Shown: positions 25,801 through 37,527 of the stretch, piece after piece
How positions within the stretch are numbered: the stretch's first letter is position 1
How the letters are laid out: each line of letters begins with the position of its first letter
Source of the DNA: Raillietiella orientalis
Lineage: Eukaryota
Assembly (NCBI GenBank): GCA_036172245.1
Contig: JAYWIR010000034.1
Location: 1,488,001-1,552,000 of the forward strand
Reading direction: 5' to 3'
Length of the DNA: 64,000 nucleotides
The notes under the pieces: model-generated
Seen by the model: only the letters and a program-made list of their open reading frames with translations
The model's database searches: none
Told to the model about the DNA's origin: nothing
Translations under genes and position numbers: made by a program

Positions 25801-28094
25801 CAGCCGCAAAGATGGATTGCCTTAAGCTGAAATGCTTGGTGCCAGCAGAACAAACACATGTTTCATAGGCATATTATATTTCTTGCGTGCAGATGTATCT
25901 GTACACATATGAAGTAGTGTCGCGCGGAAAGATATGCAGAGAGCAACAGCGAAAGAGTTTTCTGGAAAAAAGTGTGCGACGGGAAACAATAATTAATTAC
26001 GACGCTGGTCCCAGAATCCTCGATTCCTCCTAACCACCACGTGATGTGGTTGGCAGCAAGACCTCGCCTTGTTCGAACACCTTGCAGGGAGGATGATCAG
26101 CTAGAAACGAAGGCGGTGCTGTTCTTCGTGTTGCTGCTGCTGAAGATGTAAGCGATGTTGCTGGAATCGCGTTTCACATGCGACCGAGATTTTTGTTTTT
26201 TTTTTTTTATTTTTCACCTCCCTCGAACGTGAACCACGCGTCCGCCTTCCCCCCTTTCCACGCCACTGGTTCCACCACCTAGAGGAACGAATCCCGCGGC
26301 GACATCCACGTGAGCGCGCACGCTGGCACTTTGGCGCGCATCTGAGTTCCACGCCCGGTTCCTGCTCCAAACAAGTCGACCTCGTAAGAGTTCATTCATC
26401 GCACCCGACACACACAATTCCCTCCCTCCACGTTCCAAAACACCACCGCCAACAACAACAACGACGGCAAGAGGAGCATAAAATTGAAGGAAAAGGCTTT
26501 GCGCGCGCGCCAGTTGGCGCAGAATTTACGAGGTCCCTCTCGCGTGAACGAACAGCGCGCGCACGGAAAAAAGGTACTGCAGCTTCCTTCCTGTTCCTCC
26601 CTTCTCCGACTGGCATCGCTTAAACGCAAGTTTACACCTTCGGCGCAGTACGAAGAGGGTCGTTCTTATCCACCGGAATTTAATTACGCGCGGCGAAAAG
26701 GAAATTCTTGGAAGAGAGGGGACAGGTAGGGAGAGGGGGCAAACGGCTGCAGAGCTCGTAAACTCGTTTCTTAAACGGGAGCAGCAGCAGCACCCAGACG
26801 TTTAGGAAGGCAGGGAAAGAAACAGATTAGAAAAGCACCTACTCTTGCATGCTGCAAAGGAGAAGCGGAACGAACCGCAGGCAGCAGCAGCAGCAGCACC
26901 AATGCCTGCTCAAGCGCAAAGGAAACTCCCGAATCCATCACGATTCGATAGATGCGCCCACGTTGCTTCAATGGTTCGCCATCCTATGGCGCCAAAGCCG
27001 ACAGCAGGTGCGTGGAAAAACGGGGGGGGGGGGGGGGAAGGTCCGCGTATTCATCCAGCCCTCTCATAGCTGCCGCCCGCACTCAACCCAACCACTTGAT
27101 TCCGCGCAACTCGGATGCATGGACCACCACCGAGAGAGTGACCGTAGGCAATCACGAACTTCGCTGGAACCGGAACTCTCTCCAGAAGGCGAGCTCGCGC
27201 GAGTCCCATCTGACAGGCAGTCGAGAAACAGCATCTCCCCCGGTTGACAAGACAAAGGCAAGCGGGGCAGAAACGCGGAGGCATCCGTGTGACAGTAGTG
27301 ATCAGCCTCCCATCATCTCCGTTCGCAGCAAGATGCTTGCAGCATGTACGGTTGATGAACAGCCTCCATCCGTCCATGCCATCATCGGAATCCTTGCGTG
27401 CTGCTGAGCGCAGGGGGACATCAACGTGGGATCATGAGCACCAAGTGATGCGACCACGACCGGCGCGCGCGGTGAAAAAAGAAATCAATGGTCAGGAGGC
27501 CACTGGTCAACCACGACAGAGGACTGCTAGCCGCTGCGACTGCCTGTGTCGCTTTCTCTGAGCGAATCGACGCGTCTCTTCAGGATTTGTTAGCTGGAAG
27601 GCACGCTTCCCAGGAAGACAAAATGGTGAAGGCTGCCACCGTTGTTCCAACAACCCCGTGGAACAGCATCCATCAAAGAAAACAGATAAAGTGATGTGAA
27701 GAAACGGGGGATGGAGGAGAGGAAGAAATCGCCAAGGTGGGTCGAGAAAAAGGCGGAGAGGCCACTTGGCGATTGCCACGATGTGTGCGCCAGGGGAGCC
27801 ACGCCTTAGCGCTGCTGCTGCCTTCCTCCGATCCTCGAGCGTTCGAGGGATGACCAGCGCTGGATGACCGGTCCGGGTTCGGGAGAGGATGCGAGAGCCG
27901 CGCTTGTTCGATTCGTTGAAGCAAGGGAAAAGGGGGGGGGGGGGGGAAAGAAGTGAGCATCCCATCTTGCGCATGGGTGAGCACGATGCGGAAAGGCGTG
28001 ACGCGTGTGCGATCGCACGTGTGCTCAAAGCGCATCGATCCGCCTGCGCACCCACCGCCCAACTCTTCGCGCGATGCAGGGGAGGCGGCGCGCG

Positions 28095-28115
28095 GACGAC
28101 GACGACGACGACGAC
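28095..28115 (+). repeat. (GAC)7 microsatellite
   Basis: Read directly from the sequence. Confidence 0.95.
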
Positions 28116-28423
28116 CATTGGTGGTGCGGCGACTTTGACCACCCGCTCGCCTCCCCCCCCCCCTTCGTCGTCCTCCTCCTGTCCTCCGTTCCGTCTGCCT
28201 GCTGGGCGAACAATCCGCGGGATGCTTTTCTCTGGAGCAGCACCGTCGGCCCGTCCTGCGCTGGCGCCGGCGGAGGAATGGGGTGCGTGCGTGCGCATTG
28301 TGACGCGCCTCCCCGTTCGGGGGTGTCTCTGCTGCTGCGCCCCTTCCATCTGCCATCATACCGTCCGGATTTTGTGTACAACGGAAAAACGCGCTGTGCA
28401 ATGAACAACCATTGTCTAACCTC

Positions 28424-28436
28424 CGCGCGCGCGCGC

Positions 28437-28474
<38 letters not shown>
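28424..28474 (+). repeat. (CG)7 directly followed by AAA and (GA)17
   Basis: Read directly: cgcgcgcgcgcgcg at 28424-28437; GA repeat at 28441-28474. Confidence 0.95.
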
Positions 28475-28480
<6 letters not shown>

Positions 28481-30799
28481 TTCTTTGCATTCTGCTTGTC
28501 ACAAGTGGCAGTGCAGTGGGGGGGAGAGAAAAGCAATCCGGATGAATAATGAGGGGCAATCCATTCATTCTTTTACGGCTTCGATAACTCGCCAGGTTAA
28601 ACTGATAAACTTCCAGCTAGTCAGCAGAGTGCATTGTCAACACAGAAATTGAAACGTTCATCTCTTTTTTTTTTTTTTTTTTGCATCCTTCCTCTTCCAA
28701 AAAAAGATGGGGGTGGGTTCGAGGAGGGTGGGGTGGGGGAAGAACACAGGAAAAGGAATGAAGACAACTTCCCCACTCTCTCTCTGTCTGTCTCTCTCTG
28801 AGGCAGAAATTTTCTCTTTAATTACCAAAACCCAGGTATGCTAAGGCCGAAAACAATCAGTCAAGCCAGCAGAATCAGTGGGCGCAAACTTGTAGGGGAA
28901 GGGGGGGGGGAGGGGGAGGGGAGAGTCGTACGATCCTGCTCCCCCTCAAACGAAAACAACTTCAAGGAGACTGCAAAGGCCCACCTTCCCTTCAGCCTCG
29001 GGAGACTGCACATCTCGCATTCCAGTGAACCGAATGATTCTCATTCTGCAGCACCGTCACCGTTGTGTATTTTGTATCATTTTATGCAAATGTCGGTAAG
29101 GACGCCTAATTTACAGCGGGAGCATTCGAGCTCGGTCCCCAAACAACAAATAAATATGGCCTGTTCCTATGGCGACAAAGGATACCGAACGGTCAAAACA
29201 ACCCTTTGGAAAATTTCCGTGCTTTTGTTTCCGAAAACGCAATGGTAATAAGAGGCAGAGCCAAGACCGAGGCAGTGATTTTATTGACCAAAGCGAATCT
29301 GCCAGCTTCGGAGGGATAATTCGAAATGGTGCGTTTATTTATGCGAAGACCTCTTCGTAGGTCTGCACGGTGCACTGGAGAGAGCGCACGGGCAACACGA
29401 AAAAAGGGGGGAGAGAGAGGGGGGAGGGGGGAAGGAAAGAAGGGAAGGCTGGGAGAACGAACGGTGAGGAAACGCGCGCCCCGATGGGCGGTGGTTCGCT
29501 TCTGCGGCGGCTCTCGTCGGGACGTAGCGAGGGGTGGGTGGGTGGGGGGCGCCATCAGCATGGTGCCGTTGCTGCCGTCCCGCCCCAACCGAACCAAAGA
29601 GCGCGTCATCACGCGGGTAAGAGCGCGCGTGGAAAACGGAAGCGAACGGCCGTGAAAGTCGACGGAGATTCTGCTCAAGCGCGGGATTTCAGGGCGTGCT
29701 CGATAGGGGGGGGGGGGGGGGGGATCCTTTCGTAGGGCCGGGGCGCGCGCGGCGCGGCTGCGGTGGCGCCTTCCCCCTTCGAGTGCTGGACTTGCCCTCT
29801 CCCTCTTCTCAACCCGGTTGCCAGCCAACGGTTCCTCTCAAGAACTCTGCCGCGTCACTTGGAACGGACGAAAGGCCGACGTCAGCGAGCGCCAACACCT
29901 CGGATCTGGCGCACTCGTTTTCGCCAATCCCATGCTGTCTGCCGCACGTTCGACCACACGGCCTTCTTCCGAGCACATCCTGCTCTGCCCGGCGACCAAC
30001 TTATTTTCGTTCCTTTATCTCAACCTATCTACAGATTACACTTCCGATAACGAAGTCTGCTCGCAGGTTCCACGAACACCTCATTTTTTCTTTTGCTTCT
30101 TTTCTCTCGTTCGTAACGACAACTTGGGATGTTTTATTGTTTCGACGCCATCGCGAACAATAAAATTGCAGTTGTAACTGCGTTGATTTTTTTTTTTTTT
30201 TTTTTTTTTTTTGCGTTCCGTTTTTACGACTTCTGCACATTGGTAATTTGTATACCGATCGTCCTGGTCGATAAAAGGTCGTATTTTCTGCTTATACGCA
30301 TGCAAACGCTGATAAAGATCTACATAATTCCGAGCATGCAATTAAAGGCACAAGATGAAGAATTTCGAGTTTCCACGGGGTGACGAACAACCAAATCTGT
30401 TGTAAATAGGCAAAGGAGCATTAACTAGAGGAAGGGCGTGCACGAAAACTTGGAAGGGATTGTCGTATAATTGAGGGTTCCTCTCATTACATTCAATTAC
30501 GAGAAAGCAAAGATCGAATGCCAAGCCATTACCGCTTCCATTAGTGCGCGCAAGAAATCATTCGAAATTCGACCAGAAAACCAGAAAAGCTGCTTCGAGC
30601 GAAACTTTTACACTTTTCGTACACCTTCGAAGCTCCGTGCAAATTTTTCGAGTGGAAAGAGAGAGGAAGAGCGCTGGAAGAACGGTCAGCTGCCATCGAG
30701 CGCGCCATTATTCTTCCAACCGTCTCCGAGTCCACTTGCAGTGCTTTTGTCCACTGCGGCATAAACATAAAATTCCCGTTGCATGGAGAAATTAAAAGG

Positions 30800-31270
30800 C
30801 ACGTGAATAATGGGAAAAAGCTTATTCTCTAGGATCGGCCATATGCGAGCCATGCAGAGTACCACTTGGAAACAGGCAGTACTCCGAATGCCCCCGAGGC
30901 TGCAGCGCAAAGACATAGACATCGGAGCAAAAGACACGGACGTCTGCGCGTGCCAAGTCGCTGACTTTCACACATCTCACTTGCGTAACGCAGGGAAAAA
31001 AACGAACAAGAGAAGAAGAAAAAAAAAGCATTACAACACGTCAGAAAGCATGCAACCGTAACATGGCAGATTTTCTTTTCTTTTCTTTTTTCAGAAAAAT
31101 CATTTTCTGCAGGACTCATGAAGACATGCAACGGAAACCTACCGAGACGTTTACCTGTCACGAGACCACGGAAAACCCTCTCTCCCGCACGGAAAGGTCG
31201 CTGCGCAGGCAAAGTGCAGCGATTTCCGGCAACACCATTCTGAAGCTTCGATTCATAAGCCACGTTTGTT
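30800..31270 (+). mobile_element. Decayed LINE RT fragment
   Basis: KSLFSRI..TTWKQAVLRMPP (cf. LFNxI..PxxWKxAxIxxIPK) and a KA-FDS-SH remnant near 31245. Confidence 0.45.
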
Positions 31271-31639
31271 TTCGTGAAAATAATGACGAACCGAGCTGCT
31301 CGGCATCAGTAAAAAACCCACCACCTCACCTACACCAAGTACATCTGCTCATGTAAGTATGGGTAAATAACTACATGGTATCTTCCTTGCAGCTTTTATT
31401 GCTCATACAGTAAAGTCCAAAGTGGAACTGTAGCTCGCGGGGTTTCGCATGAAAGCCAAGGAAACAGTACTTGGATGGAGGAGCTGATAAGAAGGAATTT
31501 GAAGTACGTTTTTGCTCACCACGATCCAATTGTATTCCATGCACTGGAACAAGAAAAAAAAAAAACACTGTCTTCCTTGTTGCTGCTGTTGTTTGAGCCG
31601 ATGGAGCCTTTCGTCATTCCCCATCGAAAGAGGCACCGT

Positions 31640-32230
31640 GCAAAATCGAGATTTCCACCACGGAAATTTCAGAGGGGCTTGGAATTTGAGATAAACTGCG
31701 GCAAACTTGACTGGCACGTAGTCGGTGCAGAAACACATGTACTTCCACGTGACAAGTACATTTTGTGTACCTAAACGCTTCGGGGTTCACCTTTGCACGT
31801 ACGTCTCCACGTTGTTCTCGGTTAAGGTCGTTTACTTGAAAATGGATATCGTGGTACAGAATTTGGTTCCATCTGATGCAGAGGCGTGTGTACTTTAAAG
31901 GGATTCCGCAAGTAGAGGAGGTTCTGGAGGAGACTTCAGACAGGGAAGTCTCGAGAACAGGCACCTGCTGATCAATATGCAATTCAGTAAGCACACCCTA
32001 CTCAGTATAAGGCTCGAGCTCATACATGAATTTGCCCATAACGGTGTTTTCCTGTAATATCCAACACACCTCCGACAGCTTTTGGAGTTGGACGACCAAG
32101 CTGGAAACGCTGCTCGCAATAAAACACGCACGAGAATTTTTGTGCTTCTGCTCTCAAATGGCTGCAAAATTGCTTTATTTTTGCCTTACTTTTTCCATCA
32201 ATGCCACAATGCCTAATAGAACTATTTTTT
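31640..32230 (-). mobile_element. Decayed LINE APE fragment
   Basis: GIDGKSKAKIKQF, GGVLDI and TDYVPV (cf. SDHxPV), followed by PWWK. Confidence 0.35.
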
Positions 32231-35200
32231 TTTTTTGCGTGAATTCCTTCAAAAATGCAGAGCCCTTTCAACGAAACCGACAGATGAAAGGATATATGCA
32301 GGTCCAAGGCAAGAATTGGAGAAGGCACGTGTCCGATGCTGCACAGCGAGAACGATTCCGAGATTTCATACATAACACACCTTTTCAAACGAAATTTCCG
32401 CCACTTCCTAAAAATGATGTGAACATAGAACTCAGTTAGAAGCAAATCAGTGCCAAAATCTCACTTTGGCACTCTGTTGACTTTGCATTTAGGGAAAGTT
32501 TAGTTTGAGTTTTAAATACGAAAAAGCTATCTTTATTTATCTTTCCAATAGGAATTTTTAAATGAAATCTTCCTGAAAAAACAACGAAGTATACTATTGC
32601 ATTCCATATAAAAAAAAATCCCAAGGAGTACATCCGCTTATCCACATCAACCGAACTGGAGTATCTACTTGCAAAACAACATAATAGGTTTAGTGTGAAA
32701 AAAAAAAAAAAAACACTTAAACAACACACTGATTTTGAAATTTGAAAACCGAGAAGCACAAAGGGAGTTTGCAACTCTGAAAGGCTTTCTGGAATGATCC
32801 AACATGCGCCGCAAGGCATCGGAGATTTCACACGAAATGCATATAATTGTAACACGCAGTAAAAATGGCCAATTCGTGGAACTGGGAAAAAAATATATAT
32901 GGAAGGTGTTTGAAACACTCCTAACAGCAGCTCGGATTTCGTGAAGTCCAATGAATTTCAGCTTTGTGGAAAAAAGTCATCACTTACCCCACGGTCACCG
33001 TCACTTTCGGGATTCGATTAATCCTTTCGAAAGCGAAGTGCCAATTAAAACAGCTCGCCGCGCGCTCGCACAGAAAGCGACCACTCAAAAGGCAATGCAT
33101 TTACCAGAACGAGAGTGCACTGATTGCAGGTCATTAAGAAGATTGTCTTATTAGTGAACAACTGAAACAATCATTTTAATAGAAATCGCATGGTTCAGGC
33201 CAATAAACCACACCAAGTGGTTGAGGGGACGAATGGGAACCAAACGCGTCAGTTAACATGGGAAAATTCGGACTGGCACATCCAACTTACTTTGATCCTG
33301 AAGAGGTCACTTTGTGCTGCGATCCAAAAAACCATCCTCTTGCCATTTACTTAAGTTCAGCTAAGCAACGCCTAAAGGGCAACTTTTTCAACTTTGTGCA
33401 GGTACGATAACTTTGACACGTAAGAGTTCTATAGGCACTTCCAATGTGCCTGCATAAAAACCTTACGCGTGGAAGCACTATCTCTTCCAAAAAACAAATG
33501 CCAACGTACTGCACAGACACTTCTTTGCTTCTGGAATTTATTCGCCGAAAATCGATGCCACGCACCTAAGAGAAAACACGCGTTTCCTAAGGTGGTCCAT
33601 TGCTTATAGGGAGGAAACGACAGCAGCTGCCTTTTCCGAATGCTCCGCGTTGCTACAGCGAACCTGAAGATTTCCTCCGAAACAACGACACACCCGACTC
33701 CGACGTCGTCAAGCTGTTCCTTCCCGAACAGAAAAACACACCGAAAAACAGTTCTTACGTACACACGTTAAATGGCAGACGGGTGAAGGTCCCATTCGCA
33801 TCGGTTTCCATGTACCTTCCAAAACCGCGAAATGGTCAGCACCCAGCTGAAAAGCTTTGTGCTACAAATCGCAAACAGAAAAATAAGTGCTGCGAACCCA
33901 ATTTAACTGAAGTTTACAACGGGCACAGTTTGATGAAATGTACGAAATCAATCAATCAACGACACGCGGCCGCAACGGCAGAATAACTCACCCCTTTGCA
34001 CACGCCACTCCTCATTGTGCGCACGGCTCGCACCGCATAAGGAAAGAGTCGACTTCTATTCGCAGCACATCGTCGGCACACAAACAATACTTTGAATTAC
34101 AATTTGTCCACTGCGTGGGAAGGCATTTCCGTAGAAAAGCATCGTTTCGGATCGTACTGTACATTGACGACTGTACAGAAAAAGCCCAAAATTCAACTCT
34201 TCCAAAATCAGCGGACTGAGGTCCGTCTTCACATGCATGTACACATATACACCATAGCGCACAATATGGAATCCTGTTACGAGCATAGTTTGCAAGTACA
34301 TTTCATATACAGTAGTACTATTAGTGTGGATCCTGATCCAAATCACATCAATAAATAATAAAAAAAGAGAGAGAGATAGAGGAGGGAACACATTCAGCAA
34401 TAATTTGCGAACATACACGATTTTCGCCAAACTTTTCGTGTTTTAGTCAAACCATACGATTCGTGAAATGTTTAGTTGCATTCGCCACGAGGCCATCAAT
34501 TCTTTAATTGAAATAAAATCTACACGTGGGCTTTTTTTCATTTTAATGATGGATCGTTCCTGGCACTTTGCGCATGGTACACACAAAGTAATGGTTTCCT
34601 AACCTCAGATTCTAATTAAAATGTGGTGAGACATGCAGGTTCGAACATTTACATTAAAGTAATTACCGAAATATGCTGCTTTATAAATAGAACCAAATGA
34701 AGCCTCAACACTTTAACTGTAACACACGCAGATAAATAATACAATCAAATTTTCTGCATCAAGAATTCCAGATGTGCTAAAAAAAAAAAAAAAAAAAAAA
34801 ATGACATTTTTCCAGAACCTGAAAAGTGAACCCATTTAACAAAATCTGATTCAATTCGGCAACAGACAGCCCACAACGCCTCAATTATGTAATGTATAAA
34901 TAACGCACACTCGTGCTGCGACGTGCACTTCCGCATATTAAAAGGACACTGAACCGCACAAACATTTCGACTGCTATGCATTTACTATTTGACTTACTTC
35001 ATATGAGCGATTCGCGATCCAATGTGTTTTTTTTTTTTTTTTGGGGGGGGGGGGGGGGGGGTAGGGGCTGTCAGCAGCCGATGAGTCTAAAGTATTGCGT
35101 TCCGGTGCGATACATAAAAGTTCCTACATATTGTATCTCGCTGTTTAATTGACGTTCTGCAAATTCAAACACATCAGGCGAATACGCGTATCATAATTAG

Positions 35201-37527
35201 CCCTTCGTTTAAAAAGGGAATGCCAGATTTAAGATTAGCATACCAAAACCACAAGTAAACAACGGTTCCGGATGGGCACGACACAGAATTTTTCTTCTCT
35301 TTTATATCTTGAAGATCCTTTTAAAAAAACACGGAAGAAGAAGAAAAAACTTCAAACTGAATAACTTGCACTTCCTGTCTACAAAACACTTGAATGCTTG
35401 CTCACAAGTAAGCACACGAGCATCCTATTCTGCAGACACTTGAAAGTGTCGAGGTAATCTTGATGAGACAACAAAGAACGCTCTTCAACACGTGAAAAGT
35501 GTCGGTGCTCTCTTCATTCCCATGAATGGCAAGACCCTTCCAACGCTCCACACAACTTTATGCTGTTGTAATGTTTGAATAATGTATATTGGGAATTCAT
35601 TTACCGACGCATCATTTGTATTGAAAAATTTTGTTTAGGGAGCAACCTTTATTCTGGTTTTCAAAACATCTCAAACCTTTACGGCGAATTGTCTCTTCAG
35701 AGAAAATGCAATGAGCTTTCCTTCGCAATTTACTTCCTTGCACTTTCCGTGCAGTTTCTTCTTTAAGTCTGAACTATTACTGCAGTGGAAAACATACTTG
35801 AATTGCAGGAAAAAATCTTATGGAAAACAGTACCGAAAATTCTGTACAACGTATTCATTACATTATTGCAAACAAAGTTACCGCAAAATTCGTCAGCGCA
35901 ACTTCACAGCAAACATCAACATAACTTTTTAAAATGTAAACTGGTACATTTCTAATCATAACTGCAAATCCTTCCTATGGAATTGACTCTGAAAATTTAC
36001 AAAAATGAAGCGCAATACAGCCAATCAACACCTTCAAAAACTTTGCTGCTCATGGAGAAAGAAAACGTCTTCCTGATTCAAAAACAAATTTTACACAAAC
36101 AGTTGATCCTAAAAATCATCGAATAAAATACTTCTGCAAGCATCACATAAGTATGATGAAAAAACGAAATCACCAACATGAAACCCCATGACTAACCATA
36201 ATCACAATAATGACAAATAATGATGCACTGCTAAGGAAATACTATCAAATAATATTAATGTTTATTGAACAGTCTGAATCTTTATTTCAAATAACACACA
36301 TTCTTATACTATTAATTAAACACAGAAATGAGCACATAATTAACATTACAAGTGAGTCATAAGGTATAAGCTTGAAGAATTCTACCTTACCTTCAGAAAT
36401 ATTGATATATCAAACAAGGATACAATAAATACCATTGATGGCTATTTTTTTTTGTTAACAGTTAAAATGAAATGTAGGCATTATTAACCACAATGCTACA
36501 GAAATTATTTATGGCAAATTTTATTACTTTCAAAAGCATCGCAACTTTTGCATATTTTCCAACATCTTCTATGTACTACCAATCACTAAAGATAAAGCTG
36601 GTCATTAATGTACAATCTTTATTGAATTCTAAATACACGTACAATTAAAACTATTCAAAAAAAGTTATTGGATAATCGCCAAATGAAATACATGCGAAAT
36701 GCATTTGCATTATCAGAATACCAAATTATGTTGCTTTGAACTTCAATGTGATGACTCTCAAAATATATGCATTTGGCATTTTAGTAAAGAGGTCTCACTA
36801 GGGACCAAACGAATTTTGCCAGTAATTTTGCCAACAATTTAGGGTATCTTGCCAATATCCATCAGTATTTCAGACAAAGGTCACTTTTGGAAATCATTAC
36901 GCAAGATTTCTCATTTAATATATTGATTGGTATTGTGCATACTTTAAATTATAGTGCAATGTAAGCATAAATATTGAGGGTTTCATTGCACAAAATTCTT
37001 TATTATCCAATCTGTCAATCTTATAGTTAAATCACTATGTCACAGTCACCACCAAGTCTAATAGTTTTCAAGTATGCCAGTTTGGTGGTGAATTGTTCTC
37101 TTCATAATATTTTAAATACTACTTCAACCATTCAATGATTAACGCCAAGTGCTACCTGGTGAAAAATTGCATAAGTCAATCACAAATATCAAGTATTCAT
37201 AATCAAGTATACACTGCATGATTGGCTTTGTTTTATGTTTTTTCTCTTTTTTGTTTAACTTATATAATAACAACTTGCAAGGAAGACTTTGGTTATTGTA
37301 TGTAAATTTCATTTTTTTCTGGTAATTTGGTAAAAGATTTGATGGAAAGATGCATAGTACACAGGAAGATTTGGAAAATTAACTGTTCTTCCTATCAAGA
37401 GTAAATATTTCCTAACACTGCACCTTAATGAAGGAGCCATCATAGTTTATAATTCCCAAAAATGAAGGCAAATCAACTCATGTTTTTCATTTATTCATGT
37501 TCAAATCATCAACTTATAAATAATCTC

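Noticed and set aside
216..35152. Many 100-290 aa ORFs in the GC-rich part (e.g. 21341..22192, 27673..28536, 7959..8732) as host genes
   Set aside because: They overlap on both strands, are R/S/P/G-biased and show no coherent splice structure. They are explained by GC content and by sense or antisense LINE remnants.
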